Assembly: GCA_042218325.1 (NCBI GenBank)
Contig: JBDGRE010000004.1
Span: forward strand, 1 to 44,954
Direction: 5' to 3'
DNA length: 44,954 nucleotides
Source of the DNA: Candidatus Nanohaloarchaea archaeon
GTDB lineage: Archaea; Nanohalarchaeota; Nanosalinia; Nanosalinales; Nanosalinaceae
Position numbers and translations under genes: made by a program. Positions 36,078-44,954 of the stretch are shown here, in pieces (the first letter of the stretch is position 1; every line of letters starts with the position of its first letter). The notes under the pieces were generated by a model that was not told the DNA's origin, did not search any database, and saw nothing but the letters and a program-made list of their open reading frames with translations.

Positions 36078-37679
36078 CTATGAAACCTCTACCCAGTTGG
36101 CCTCCCCGTCGTCCTTGAAGTTGTCCGAGACCTCGCACCTGTACTGCGTCCCGTCGACGGTTATACGGCCGTCCTCGTCGTTGGAGTTGAAGTTGGTCCC
36201 GCATTTCACCCACTGGACGACGCTTTCGTCCTGGCCGGGAGCGCTGTAGTCGGCGCAAACCAGCTCTCCTTCGGGCCGGGCCATGAACCTGTTGCTCTGC
36301 AGTTCACCGTCGCTGGAGGCGAAGTACCTCTCCGTTGCCACGCTGGAATCTCCCTTGCTGTTCCTCCGGATACCGGACTGCAGGGTGTCGAAGGACGAGA
36401 AAATCAGGGATGATTCGCCGGTGGCTCCGCCGCTGCCGCTCCAGGAGCCTTTCTGCAGCACCACTGTACCCACTTTTATCCTGTCCTGCATGAGCTCCAC
36501 CTCCTGCTCGGAGATCGGTCCTTCCTGGGTTATCATGTGGCCTTTCTCGAATATGACGTCGTGACCGCCCGCGTCGCCGTCGTTCGTATGGACTATGCAG
36601 GAGCCATCCGGACCCCCGGCTGCAAGGTTCATGCTGAGGAGGGGATGCGAGCTTCCGCCGAGGTTGCCGTCAGCGAAACCGGTCTGGTCTCCGCCCCACT
36701 GGTCGGTCACACTGCCCTTGTCCTCTATGCCGAAGTTGAAGGTCTTCCCGTGCCACGGAGACGATTGGCCGTTGAAGACGTCGCCGTCGTCGAGCCCTAT
36801 GGCAGATTCCTGACAGGGGTTCTTGGTTATGACTATGAACGGGTGTACCCAGTTGTCCTTCTCTCCGCGCTCCCTGTTCTCGCCCGGCGGGTTGCTCTCG
36901 GTGTAGTCATGATCTCCCGGCCTCCCGGTGTTGGTCTGTATGTATCCCTGGGCGCCGTCGCAGAGCCTGAAGGTGTACGTTTCCATCCCCTGGCCACCTG
37001 TGTACATCGAGTAGCTTCCCTGGTAGTCCGCCGGTACGGTATACGTGACGCGTTCAGTGGTTTTCCCGTAGTTGACCCTGCTCTTCATCAGGACCGTCAG
37101 AGACACCAAGTTGCCGGGGCTTGGTACCTGTCCGTTACCGCTGTACCCTATACTGACTGCATTCGGCACAAACGTGCTAGTCGGCTCGCCGGACTGGGGA
37201 ACTATCACGAGCGGCTTTGGGTTCCCGAGGCTGAAAGGTGCTCCTGAAAGAGTGATATCGCTTCCGCCGGTATCGATGACGAATTCTTTCCTTGAGTGCT
37301 CGCCCTCTTGATCGTTCCGCCACACCTTCTTTACGCCCGGCACGAAGTTCTCCACGGGTGAACCTGTGAGCGGGGTTGTTATCCCGGTGCCCTTGCATTC
37401 CAGCTTCGAGCCGGCCTCCTGCAGCTTGCTGAAGTCGTTGACGCGCTTGTACTCGGCCCATGAAGGCATGACGGTTCCCCCTCCGCCTTCTGTATCACAG
37501 TTGTAAGCTATCAGGGTGTCGTAGTAGACGAGCTGCTGCAGCGTTTCCTTGTCGCCTATCTTCAGCCTTCCTATATCCTCCGGCTTTGATTGCCCGAGCA
37601 GCGTGGAAGCGACGCCGTAAAGTATCCCTGCGACCAGGAATGCGAGCACGATGTACATCATGGCCTTGGCAAGATCCAT
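36078..37679 (-). CDS. Large membrane-anchored surface protein (possible adhesin)
   Basis: N-terminal TM segment; Gly/Ser/Thr/Asp-rich ectodomain with several Cys; 533 aa. Confidence 0.7.
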   Translation of the reverse strand: MDLAKAMMYIVLAFLVAGILYGVASTLLGQSKPEDIGRLKIGDKETLQQLVYYDTLIAYNCDTEGGGGTVMPSWAEYKRVNDFSKLQEAGSKLECKGTGITTPLTGSPVENFVPGVKKVWRNDQEGEHSRKEFVIDTGGSDITLSGAPFSLGNPKPLVIVPQSGEPTSTFVPNAVSIGYSGNGQVPSPGNLVSLTVLMKSRVNYGKTTERVTYTVPADYQGSYSMYTGGQGMETYTFRLCDGAQGYIQTNTGRPGDHDYTESNPPGENRERGEKDNWVHPFIVITKNPCQESAIGLDDGDVFNGQSSPWHGKTFNFGIEDKGSVTDQWGGDQTGFADGNLGGSSHPLLSMNLAAGGPDGSCIVHTNDGDAGGHDVIFEKGHMITQEGPISEQEVELMQDRIKVGTVVLQKGSWSGSGGATGESSLIFSSFDTLQSGIRRNSKGDSSVATERYFASSDGELQSNRFMARPEGELVCADYSAPGQDESVVQWVKCGTNFNSNDEDGRITVDGTQYRCEVSDNFKDDGEANWVEVS

Positions 37680-37876
37680 TACTGCACCTTCCTCCCTATC
37701 AGGTCGGAGACGAGGCTGCCGAAGCCAGGGTCTCCCTGGCCCAGTCTTGTGAGCACTATCGAGACTATCGCGGCCGCTATGAATATGCCGACGACCATCT
37801 TGACGACCATATCGATCTCCCTGTCCACGGAACCCTTTCGCCTCTCGAGCATCAGACGAACTGTGTCAGCTATCAT
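37679..37876 (-). CDS. Mini-pilin
   Basis: RRKG|SVDREIDMVVKMVVGIFIAAAIV. Confidence 0.7.
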   Translation of the reverse strand: MIADTVRLMLERRKGSVDREIDMVVKMVVGIFIAAAIVSIVLTRLGQGDPGFGSLVSDLIGRKVQ

Positions 37877-37989
37877 GTGAACTGCTTGACACCTACCGCG
37901 ACCATGACTGCGCCGACCCCGAGGGCGGCGGCTATCGCCAGTATCTCGTCGAGGGCTATACCCTTTCTCCGGTTTTTAAGAACATCCAT
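37873..37989 (-). CDS. Mini-pilin (38 aa)
   Basis: MDVLKNRRKG|IALDEILAIAAALGVGAVMV; this is the C-terminal tip of the 554-aa shadow ORF. Confidence 0.72.
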   Translation of the reverse strand: MDVLKNRRKGIALDEILAIAAALGVGAVMVAVGVKQFT

Positions 37990-37991
37990 GT

Positions 37992-40157
37992 TCACACACC
38001 TGTGGATATACCGCTCACGATACCGCCGAACAGCAGGCCTACTATCACGAGCGTTATAGTGTAGAAGAACATGCCCGAAATAAGTACTTTTCCGACGAAC
38101 ATGTTCCGGTACGTCTTGTTTTCGCCCTCCGTTATCTTCATGTAGAACGTGGCGAGGATGTAGAGCAGCTGGATAAGGTAGATGCCGACCACGAACTGCA
38201 GCAGCTCGGGCGGTATCGCGGAGTCCAGGTTGCCGAGTATGCCGGCGAACTGTGTTCCCTGTGCACCATTCCTCGGCAGCGAGGACTGACTCTCCTGGAA
38301 GGACTGGCCGAGCTTGAACATCGCAGTTATGATGGTCTGCGACATGCCGACCGCGACCCCGGACACGACGGGTGCGAGCAGGTAGGCCAGCATCTCTATA
38401 GTCGTCGTGGTTTCCTCCATGAGGTCGTTGAGCTTTTCCTGTGTCTCGTGGATGTTCTCCAGGTAACGGGAGATGGTGGTCATCGCCATCGCCGCCATGT
38501 TGGTGCCTTTCTCGGATGATTCGAGGATGGCCTGCATCACGGTCTGTATCATCTGGCTGGGGAACTGGTACAGCGCCCCGTACTTCTCGTTGAAGACGGC
38601 CTCCTCGAACGTCATGCCCATGTCGCGGATGTTGCGGGAGGCGGTCCTGAACAGGTCGGATATCTCGAGGTCGCTTGTGGCATCTGCAGCGTCCTCCAGT
38701 GCCAGCTCTATGGGCGTTCCACCGGATATCTTGTTGCCGAGCTGGAAAAGCGCGGTCGGGAACTGCCGCTCGATGTTCCTCAGGTGTTCCTCCGCGTCCC
38801 TGCGCTCGATGTTGCCGAGTAGCTTGGTGACGCCTATACCCCATCCGAGGCCGAGGGTTATGGATACGCTTCTCATCAGCATCGGCAGGGGTGCGAGCGA
38901 GTCGCCGCTGCGGAAGATGGAAGGCACCATGTTCAGGTTGACCTCCTGGACCGGGTAGAAGAACGGTGCCGCCACGTATCCAGCGAGCCCGAACAGCCCG
39001 ACCACGAAGAAGACCAGGATGCCGAAAGGCCAGGCCGGGACGTCGTAGCTGTTTCCGAACAGTTCCAGCGTGTAGCGGCCGCGGCTTGGCAGCGCATCCG
39101 TGCTGACAGGGTCTGACGAAACAGTCGGCGGCCTTGAGCTGAGTATGCGCTGCATGAACCAGTAGAGGAAGCCCGGAAGCATGAAGTTGAACAGCAGGAT
39201 GAGATGCATCGGCCTTATCACACCTCCCATGAATACGGAAATCAGCGGCAGCATTATCATGCCGAGCACGGGCAGCATCGCCCCCATCGCGTTGAGTATC
39301 ATGACAGGGGTCTTCAGCGACTGCGCGTAATGTTTCATCTTCTCCCGCGTCCCGTCGAGTATGCGGTCGATGGAGTCCTGCAGTAGTTTTTCCCTCCTGT
39401 CGCTGTTGGGGTCGTTCATCGCGGCCTGCAGGAGCTGGAGTGACTCGAGGTAGTCGTCGTTGTAGCCCTTCCACCGTCTTGTGTACTCCTCTAGGGCCTC
39501 TTCGATACGGTTGTAGTTGCCGACCTCGAGATCCCATAGCACTCCCTTGAGGTCGTCGGATATAGGGCCGTCGAGGTTCAGTGCCGCGAAACGGACCGCG
39601 CCCTCTAGGTTCGGGGATGAACGCATGTAGACCACCATGTAAAGTATCGACAGTATCATCTCGCCCGAGCTGCGTATGACCTTGTTCTTGGCCTCGTACA
39701 CCGGGTGGTAGTAAGTGTAGACGCCCGCGGCCAGCGGTATCACCAGCGAGAGCAGCATGATGGATACGGGGATGAAAGAGCCGAGGGCGAAGTTCAGGAT
39801 GAAAAGCAGGAACCAGCCCACGAACGACAGGAAGCCGACACCTACCGCGGCTGATAGGACCATCCCGGGCGTCACGTCCCAGTCCAGCAGCCTCAGGGGT
39901 CGCGTAAGCGTCTCCTGCGTCCTCTCGCCCGCCTTCATGTTGAGAGCAGACCCCATCTTGATGCAGAGCTGCTCGAACCGGTTGTTCTCCTGCTCCCGGA
40001 TCTCCTCCTCCCTGTACTCCTTGTATTCACGGGAGTAGCCCTCACGGGAGTCGTTGTCGTAGGGTGGCTGCTGGACGTCCCTGTTGAGGTCGTCGACTAT
40101 GTCTCTCAGCCTGTCCTTCTCGTCATCGTCCAGCCCGTCGTGTTCATCGCCTGGCAT
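37992..40157 (-). CDS. Type IV pilus/T2SS-F (TadB/TadC/FlaJ-like) multi-pass platform protein
   Basis: Multiple TM helices; two T2SS-F-like repeats (SSPNLEGAVRFAA; QFPTALFQLG...GTPIELAL); directly downstream of the ATPase. Confidence 0.85.
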   Translation of the reverse strand: MPGDEHDGLDDDEKDRLRDIVDDLNRDVQQPPYDNDSREGYSREYKEYREEEIREQENNRFEQLCIKMGSALNMKAGERTQETLTRPLRLLDWDVTPGMVLSAAVGVGFLSFVGWFLLFILNFALGSFIPVSIMLLSLVIPLAAGVYTYYHPVYEAKNKVIRSSGEMILSILYMVVYMRSSPNLEGAVRFAALNLDGPISDDLKGVLWDLEVGNYNRIEEALEEYTRRWKGYNDDYLESLQLLQAAMNDPNSDRREKLLQDSIDRILDGTREKMKHYAQSLKTPVMILNAMGAMLPVLGMIMLPLISVFMGGVIRPMHLILLFNFMLPGFLYWFMQRILSSRPPTVSSDPVSTDALPSRGRYTLELFGNSYDVPAWPFGILVFFVVGLFGLAGYVAAPFFYPVQEVNLNMVPSIFRSGDSLAPLPMLMRSVSITLGLGWGIGVTKLLGNIERRDAEEHLRNIERQFPTALFQLGNKISGGTPIELALEDAADATSDLEISDLFRTASRNIRDMGMTFEEAVFNEKYGALYQFPSQMIQTVMQAILESSEKGTNMAAMAMTTISRYLENIHETQEKLNDLMEETTTTIEMLAYLLAPVVSGVAVGMSQTIITAMFKLGQSFQESQSSLPRNGAQGTQFAGILGNLDSAIPPELLQFVVGIYLIQLLYILATFYMKITEGENKTYRNMFVGKVLISGMFFYTITLVIVGLLFGGIVSGISTGV

Positions 40158-40169
40158 GGGCCCTCCCTC

Positions 40170-42437
40170 TTATACCTGCTGGTCGAACCACTCCTTCCAC
40201 CTCGCGAATATCCTTTCCGGGTCCTGCTCACCGTATTCCTCGCCGACGCGTTCCGCGAGTATGTGGTACCTCTGGTTCGCCCTCACGATGAAGTCGGATT
40301 CGAGAAGCTCGGGCCTGTTCTCCTCGTTCGCCGTCTCCACTATCTCCTCGCGTATGTCCTTCCTGAGCTGCACGTTGTTCCAGACAGCCTCCCAGTCGTT
40401 CTTCCATTCACGTACGTTCTCCGCTATACGGTTCAGGACCAGGGATTCACCGTTGAGAAGCGTGTCGGTGGGTACCAGCTCGTCTTTGTTGGAGTCATAA
40501 CGCATCAAATCGACGAACGCGTTCTCGTCCATAGGGTCTTCGCTCCACTCCTTCCTGACCTCCGTGATGCCTGTCACCCGCCTGTAAGTCGAAAGGCCGT
40601 CCGGGCTCTTTATCTTGTTGACGCTGACCACGATATCCGTGGCCTTGAAGGAGGTCTTCGGCACGCCGAGATCGTTCACGACGCGGTCGTAGACAGCGTA
40701 GGGCGATTCGCCGTGGATAGTACCTCCTACAAAGTTGGCGACGGCGCCGACACGCATCGCCTCGTACAGCGTCTTGGCCTCATCCGAACGCACCTCTCCT
40801 ATGACGAGCGCGGAGTCACCGAGACGCAGGGAGGTGCGGATGGCCTCGTCGGCACCCATCTCGTTCTCGACCTGTGTTATGACCGAGCGGGATTTCATCC
40901 TTTCAACGTTGTAGCCGAGGTCCTTCATCTCGTCCACCGGGAGTTCGAGGGTGTCCTCGATGGTGACGATACGGGTCTTCTTCAGCAGCTCCAGCATCGA
41001 TGCGCCGAGCAGCGAGGTCTTACCTGCGCCACGGGTACCGGCGAACAGCACCGAACGGTTGCCATCTACTATGAATGATAGCAGGGCGGCGCCAAGCGGA
41101 TTGATGAAGCCCTCATCGATGAACAGCGGGAGTGTCCACGCCCGTGAACGGTGCCGCCGGAACGCGAACGCGAGGCCCTCCGGCGACAGGTTCTCCTGTA
41201 TTATCGCGACACGGGCCCGGCCTCCCGGCACCTGCGTATCGGTGTCGAGCACCGGGTTGGCCTCGTCGAGCGGGCGACCGGACTGGATGCGGAAACGGGT
41301 TGCCCATGACTCTGCCTCCTCCTTCGTAGGTATCAGGTTGGTCTTGCATTCCTCGTACTCCTCATGGGATATGAATATCGGCGCACTGCCGACGGGCGAG
41401 TTGATGAACACGTCCTGTATCTTCGGGTCGCTCAGCAAGAGCTCCAGCACACCAAGCCCCGAGGTGTACCGGTTCAGTATCGATGTAAGGTTGTCGAGCT
41501 CGTCGCCCGAGAGGGAAACGTTCATCTGCTGGGCTATATCCCGCAGCATGTCCCGGCCTATATTTTCGAACACCTGCCGCATCCTCTCCGGCCTCGCGAA
41601 CTCCCCGGAGTCCGGCTGGTGGGAGGCCATGAACCTCCTTGCGGCGTCAAGCAGCTGGTATTTTTCCTCGCTGAGGTTGAATTCCGGCGGGTTGACGTGG
41701 TAGACAGGCTGCACCTGGTCCGGCACGTCGTAGATCGACACCTCGATGTCGTTCCTGACCGTGTACCTGTCGATCTCCTCTCCGCGCTCCGGCGGCAGCG
41801 ACATGAACTTGGTAAGCATGAAGTTCGGGCGGACGAGAGGGTGGAAGAACTCCCGGTAAACTTCACGGTCGCCGACGTGATGCCCCGTTATGAAGTCCTG
41901 CTCCCTCGCCCTGTCTATCAGCTGCGTCTCCTCCAGCCTCTCCTTTATCGGCTTCACGACGTCGTTGATGAAGTACTTCAGGCACCGCTTCCGCTGCGGG
42001 TAGTCATCGCTCATCTCCTGTCTCAGGTGCCTCTCCTTCCGTATAAGCTCTACGTAGGCCCCGATAGGGTCTCTTCGCAAACGGTCTATGACGAGCTGCT
42101 GTACCTCCGGCAGTTCATCGCTGTACAGGGACTGGCATTTCTCGTTGCCCTGCTGGGACAGGTATCCCTGCGACGAGATGTCCTGTATGGCGTCCGCCAC
42201 CTCTTTCAGCAGCACCACCTGCTCATCGTCGTACTCGTAGTCCCGTGACTCTGAAAGCACGACCGAGGAGGCGTCCGGCACCTCCTGGAGTATGTTTATG
42301 ACCCGGGACATGACCTCGGGGTAGTCCTCTATCGACGCGCCGTAGATGGATCCGAGCGTATTGACCTCTACCGTCCCGGTCTCGTCGTCGTACTCGTAGT
42401 CGAAAACATCCAGATCTCTTACAGACATACCCAGCAT
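40170..42437 (-). CDS. VirB11/TadA/FlaI-family pilus assembly ATPase
   Basis: GTRGAGKT, TIEDTLEL, VIGEVR, GTIHG. Confidence 0.93.
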   Translation of the reverse strand: MLGMSVRDLDVFDYEYDDETGTVEVNTLGSIYGASIEDYPEVMSRVINILQEVPDASSVVLSESRDYEYDDEQVVLLKEVADAIQDISSQGYLSQQGNEKCQSLYSDELPEVQQLVIDRLRRDPIGAYVELIRKERHLRQEMSDDYPQRKRCLKYFINDVVKPIKERLEETQLIDRAREQDFITGHHVGDREVYREFFHPLVRPNFMLTKFMSLPPERGEEIDRYTVRNDIEVSIYDVPDQVQPVYHVNPPEFNLSEEKYQLLDAARRFMASHQPDSGEFARPERMRQVFENIGRDMLRDIAQQMNVSLSGDELDNLTSILNRYTSGLGVLELLLSDPKIQDVFINSPVGSAPIFISHEEYEECKTNLIPTKEEAESWATRFRIQSGRPLDEANPVLDTDTQVPGGRARVAIIQENLSPEGLAFAFRRHRSRAWTLPLFIDEGFINPLGAALLSFIVDGNRSVLFAGTRGAGKTSLLGASMLELLKKTRIVTIEDTLELPVDEMKDLGYNVERMKSRSVITQVENEMGADEAIRTSLRLGDSALVIGEVRSDEAKTLYEAMRVGAVANFVGGTIHGESPYAVYDRVVNDLGVPKTSFKATDIVVSVNKIKSPDGLSTYRRVTGITEVRKEWSEDPMDENAFVDLMRYDSNKDELVPTDTLLNGESLVLNRIAENVREWKNDWEAVWNNVQLRKDIREEIVETANEENRPELLESDFIVRANQRYHILAERVGEEYGEQDPERIFARWKEWFDQQV

Positions 42438-42470
42438 TATTATTCCCGCGACTGTTCAATAAAAGATGGG

Positions 42471-42926
42471 ATGCCTCGACAGGACACGCTGAACCAGGTG
42501 GTCAACCGGGTCAACGATTTCAACCGCCGGGTGCGGGACCTGGAGGAGAAGATAAGGAATATCAACGCCCGGGTCAACACCCTGGACGACACCCTGCTGA
42601 ACAAGACGAAGAGCCTCTCGCAGGACATACAGGACCTCGAGGACGATATCTCCGAGATAAGAGACCGGCTGGCGAATATGGAGGTCGACATCAAGGAGAT
42701 AAACCGCGAGAAACGGAACTTCGTGTCATCACAGGAGCTGGACGAGATAGAGAACTACATGGAGCTGATGAACCCCATCAACTCCTCGTTCGCGACCAAG
42801 AAGGAGGTCCACGAGATAGTGAAAAAGGAGTCCTCCGGGCTTTCGAAGCAGGAAATCGAGCAGATCATCGACAGAAAGATAAAAAGCATGGAAAACCAAT
42901 CTTCTGACGAGGAAGATAAAAAGTGA
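42471..42926 (+). CDS. Coiled-coil protein
   Basis: Heptad repeats RVRDLEEKIRNINARVNTL; divergent from the ATPase. Confidence 0.75.
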   Translation: MPRQDTLNQVVNRVNDFNRRVRDLEEKIRNINARVNTLDDTLLNKTKSLSQDIQDLEDDISEIRDRLANMEVDIKEINREKRNFVSSQELDEIENYMELMNPINSSFATKKEVHEIVKKESSGLSKQEIEQIIDRKIKSMENQSSDEEDKK

Positions 42927-42978
42927 CCCGAAACCCTGAGATTTTCTGCGCCATGCAGGAAACGCAGGTAGTCTACGG

Positions 42979-43830
42979 ATGAAATTCCAGCTCTTCGGCC
43001 GGCTCAGGGATGACGAAGACAGCGATGGAGGCACCCCGGGTCAGCCGCAACAACAGCAACAGGGCCCGGGACTCGGGAACGACGCTGCACTGGGTGGAGG
43101 ACTTGAGAACACCGTAGAAAACATGTTTTCACAGGGTTACTCGGAGGAAGAGATAAAGCAGGAGCTGCAGGGCCAGTACCCGCCCGAACAGGTAGAGCAG
43201 GCCCTGAACAACGCGGTCGCGAACACCGCTACCGGGGGTACAGGAGCCGATGGACCAGAGCCTATGACGCCATACCAGGGCGAGAGGGACGCGGTCAGTC
43301 CTGTGGACGAAGGTTTCTCGAATGAAGGAAACGATACTATGAACAAACAACCACAGCAAGACATGACAGAACCAGGGAACCCGCAGGCAACCCAGCAACC
43401 CCAACAGCAGCCTCAGCAATCCGGGCAGAGCCGGGCATCTGGCGATGTCGAGGAGCTCGTGGAGACCATAGTCGCGGAGAACCTGGACCGCGTGGAGACG
43501 GAGTTCGAGAACGTGTACGAGGAAATCGACGAGCTGCGGGACCACGCAGAAGACCTAGAACGGCGTGTGCATGACCTTGAAGTGCGTGAGGAAGAGGACA
43601 ACCAGGAGTTCATACAGAAGGTCGACGAGATGGAGGAGCATATCGACTCATACCAGTCCCGCATAGGAGGTCTGGAGAAGGCCTTCCAGCAGGTACTGCC
43701 GTCGCTGGTCGACAACGTCCGTGACCTGACCGAGCTGGTGCAGGAGATCAAGACAGAACGTGGTATCGAGACGGACAAGAACGTTTCCAGCGACGACATC
43801 GACGATATCGACATGGAGGACTGGGATTAA
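42979..43830 (+). CDS. Acidic Gln/Pro-rich protein with C-terminal coiled coil
   Basis: QPQQQ tracts; ELVETIVAE...RIGGLEKAFQQVLPSLV. Confidence 0.75.
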   Translation: MKFQLFGRLRDDEDSDGGTPGQPQQQQQGPGLGNDAALGGGLENTVENMFSQGYSEEEIKQELQGQYPPEQVEQALNNAVANTATGGTGADGPEPMTPYQGERDAVSPVDEGFSNEGNDTMNKQPQQDMTEPGNPQATQQPQQQPQQSGQSRASGDVEELVETIVAENLDRVETEFENVYEEIDELRDHAEDLERRVHDLEVREEEDNQEFIQKVDEMEEHIDSYQSRIGGLEKAFQQVLPSLVDNVRDLTELVQEIKTERGIETDKNVSSDDIDDIDMEDWD

Positions 43831-44333
43831 TCTCCGCCCGAGTCAGCCACCGCACCTATCACTATGATCAGGAACACCAGGACGAGTATCGGCATCACTA
43901 TGTCGTCGAAGACGTTTCCGACTCCACTCGTTAACGCGGAGATGTCAGCTGTGAAGGCGAATGCGCCGAGGAAGGAGAGCAGTACTAGAACTATGGCAGC
44001 TACCGCCGGTAGCTCGTTCTTTCCCATCTCCTCGGACACGTCGACTCCGGCTACTGCCATCAGTATCAGGAATCCCAGAAGTCCGAATATCGAGAAGGTC
44101 AGGCCAGCAGCAAAGCTTGTCAGTATGCCCTGGGGCAGGAAGTAGTAGGCTCCACCGATGGAGAAAAAGGCCACCGAGAGAGCTATCACGCCGTTTACCT
44201 GCGAGTCCTCGCTGAATACACTGTACTTCTCCATCACGCCGTAGGTTATCGATAAAACCAGCAGCCATGGGAAGAACAGCCGGAACACATCCATCCCGGC
44301 CATCGCCTCGACTATCTTCGCAAATGCGCCCAT
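43827..44333 (-). CDS. Multi-pass membrane protein
   Basis: About five TM helices; FFPWLLVLSITYGVM; similar layout to the neighbour. Confidence 0.8.
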   Translation of the reverse strand: MGAFAKIVEAMAGMDVFRLFFPWLLVLSITYGVMEKYSVFSEDSQVNGVIALSVAFFSIGGAYYFLPQGILTSFAAGLTFSIFGLLGFLILMAVAGVDVSEEMGKNELPAVAAIVLVLLSFLGAFAFTADISALTSGVGNVFDDIVMPILVLVFLIIVIGAVADSGGD

Positions 44334-44341
44334 AGGACCAC

Positions 44342-44935
44342 CTATCTATTGTCCCTCCCCATGGCGCGCTCCATCGCGCCGAGCAGGGTGCTATCGTATT
44401 CATCCTCATCGACGCCGGATACTGTCCAGTACATGAACCCGCCTATCAGGAGTATGTATATCAGACCGGAGTCGAACAGTACGGCGTAAATTTCGGCCGC
44501 GCTGAGCCCCAGTATAAGTGACCTGCTCGGCAGGAAGGCGTAGATACCTCCTGAAAGGGTGAAGGCTCCGATTATCCCGGCCACAATCAGGAATATTATC
44601 ACCGGCACGGCGCTCTCCAGTATATCCGTGAACCCGAACATTCCGAGCAGGAACAGGAAGCCGAGGATTCCCACCGCCCCTATAGCTATACGGCCTATGT
44701 AGCCCGCGAAGAAGCCCTGGTAAACCGGGTTCTGTACCAGGAACCATGCCACGAAGAAGGACATTATAAGCGCCAGGATATTCTGGGTGCGCTCGCTGTC
44801 CAGAAGGTCAAGCCTGCTTGCTGCAGCCTGGAAAACCACGAATGATAGCAGGAAGGGAAGCAGGACAGTGAACCCATCAACCGCCGCAAAACCCTCTAGG
44901 AAACTGCTGAAAGAGAAGGCGGTGTGTTGCACCAC
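44342..44935 (-). CDS. Multi-pass membrane protein (probable paralogue of the previous gene)
   Basis: About five TM helices; LLPFLLSFVVF...NILALIMSFF. Confidence 0.8.
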   Translation of the reverse strand: MVQHTAFSFSSFLEGFAAVDGFTVLLPFLLSFVVFQAAASRLDLLDSERTQNILALIMSFFVAWFLVQNPVYQGFFAGYIGRIAIGAVGILGFLFLLGMFGFTDILESAVPVIIFLIVAGIIGAFTLSGGIYAFLPSRSLILGLSAAEIYAVLFDSGLIYILLIGGFMYWTVSGVDEDEYDSTLLGAMERAMGRDNR

Positions 44936-44954
44936 TCAGCTATTCACCTTCTTC

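Noticed and set aside
37990-39537. 554-aa Arg/His-rich ORF overlapping the platform gene
   Set aside because: Alternative-frame artefact of GC-rich coding; only the last 38 codons form a credible pilin.
40140-42248. Plus-strand ORFs of 250-312 aa opposite the ATPase
   Set aside because: Antisense to a gene with clear conserved motifs, and no motifs of their own.

Overview
The window looks like a piece of a halophilic DPANN archaeal chromosome, probably Nanohaloarchaeota-like. This is inferred from very acidic proteins, archaeal EF-1beta, FEN1 and Alba, and a DPANN-style pilus locus. Right half (about 25.1-45 kb, GC-rich): host backbone with an intron-containing tRNA-Arg(GCG), a Zn-finger/EF-1beta pair, NUDIX, FEN1, two very acidic coiled-coil proteins, gpmI, and a large type IV pilus-like locus (ATPase, platform protein, about a dozen pilin-like genes, Alba embedded). 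Left half (1-25 kb, lower GC): an element of about 22.6 kb integrated in the 3' end of that tRNA. It carries an atypical tyrosine integrase, a divergent wHTH/RHH switch with palindromic operators, an MCM-like helicase containing an iteron-like palindrome, ParB plus a C5 methyltransferase, and terminase small and large subunits, but no recognisable portal, capsid or tail genes. Its AT-rich cargo is a defence cluster: type IIG-like MTase, PLD-SNF2 helicase, RNase J-like nuclease, GmrSD and a NucS-like protein. Most striking: the left end has three tandem, diverged copies of the att site (tRNA core plus a 30-bp arm, with an inverted copy of the arm beside the tRNA). They delimit small gene-cassette-like segments (a RelE-like pair and a HEAT-repeat gene), suggesting an integron-like cassette array built by a tRNA-targeting, satellite-like element.
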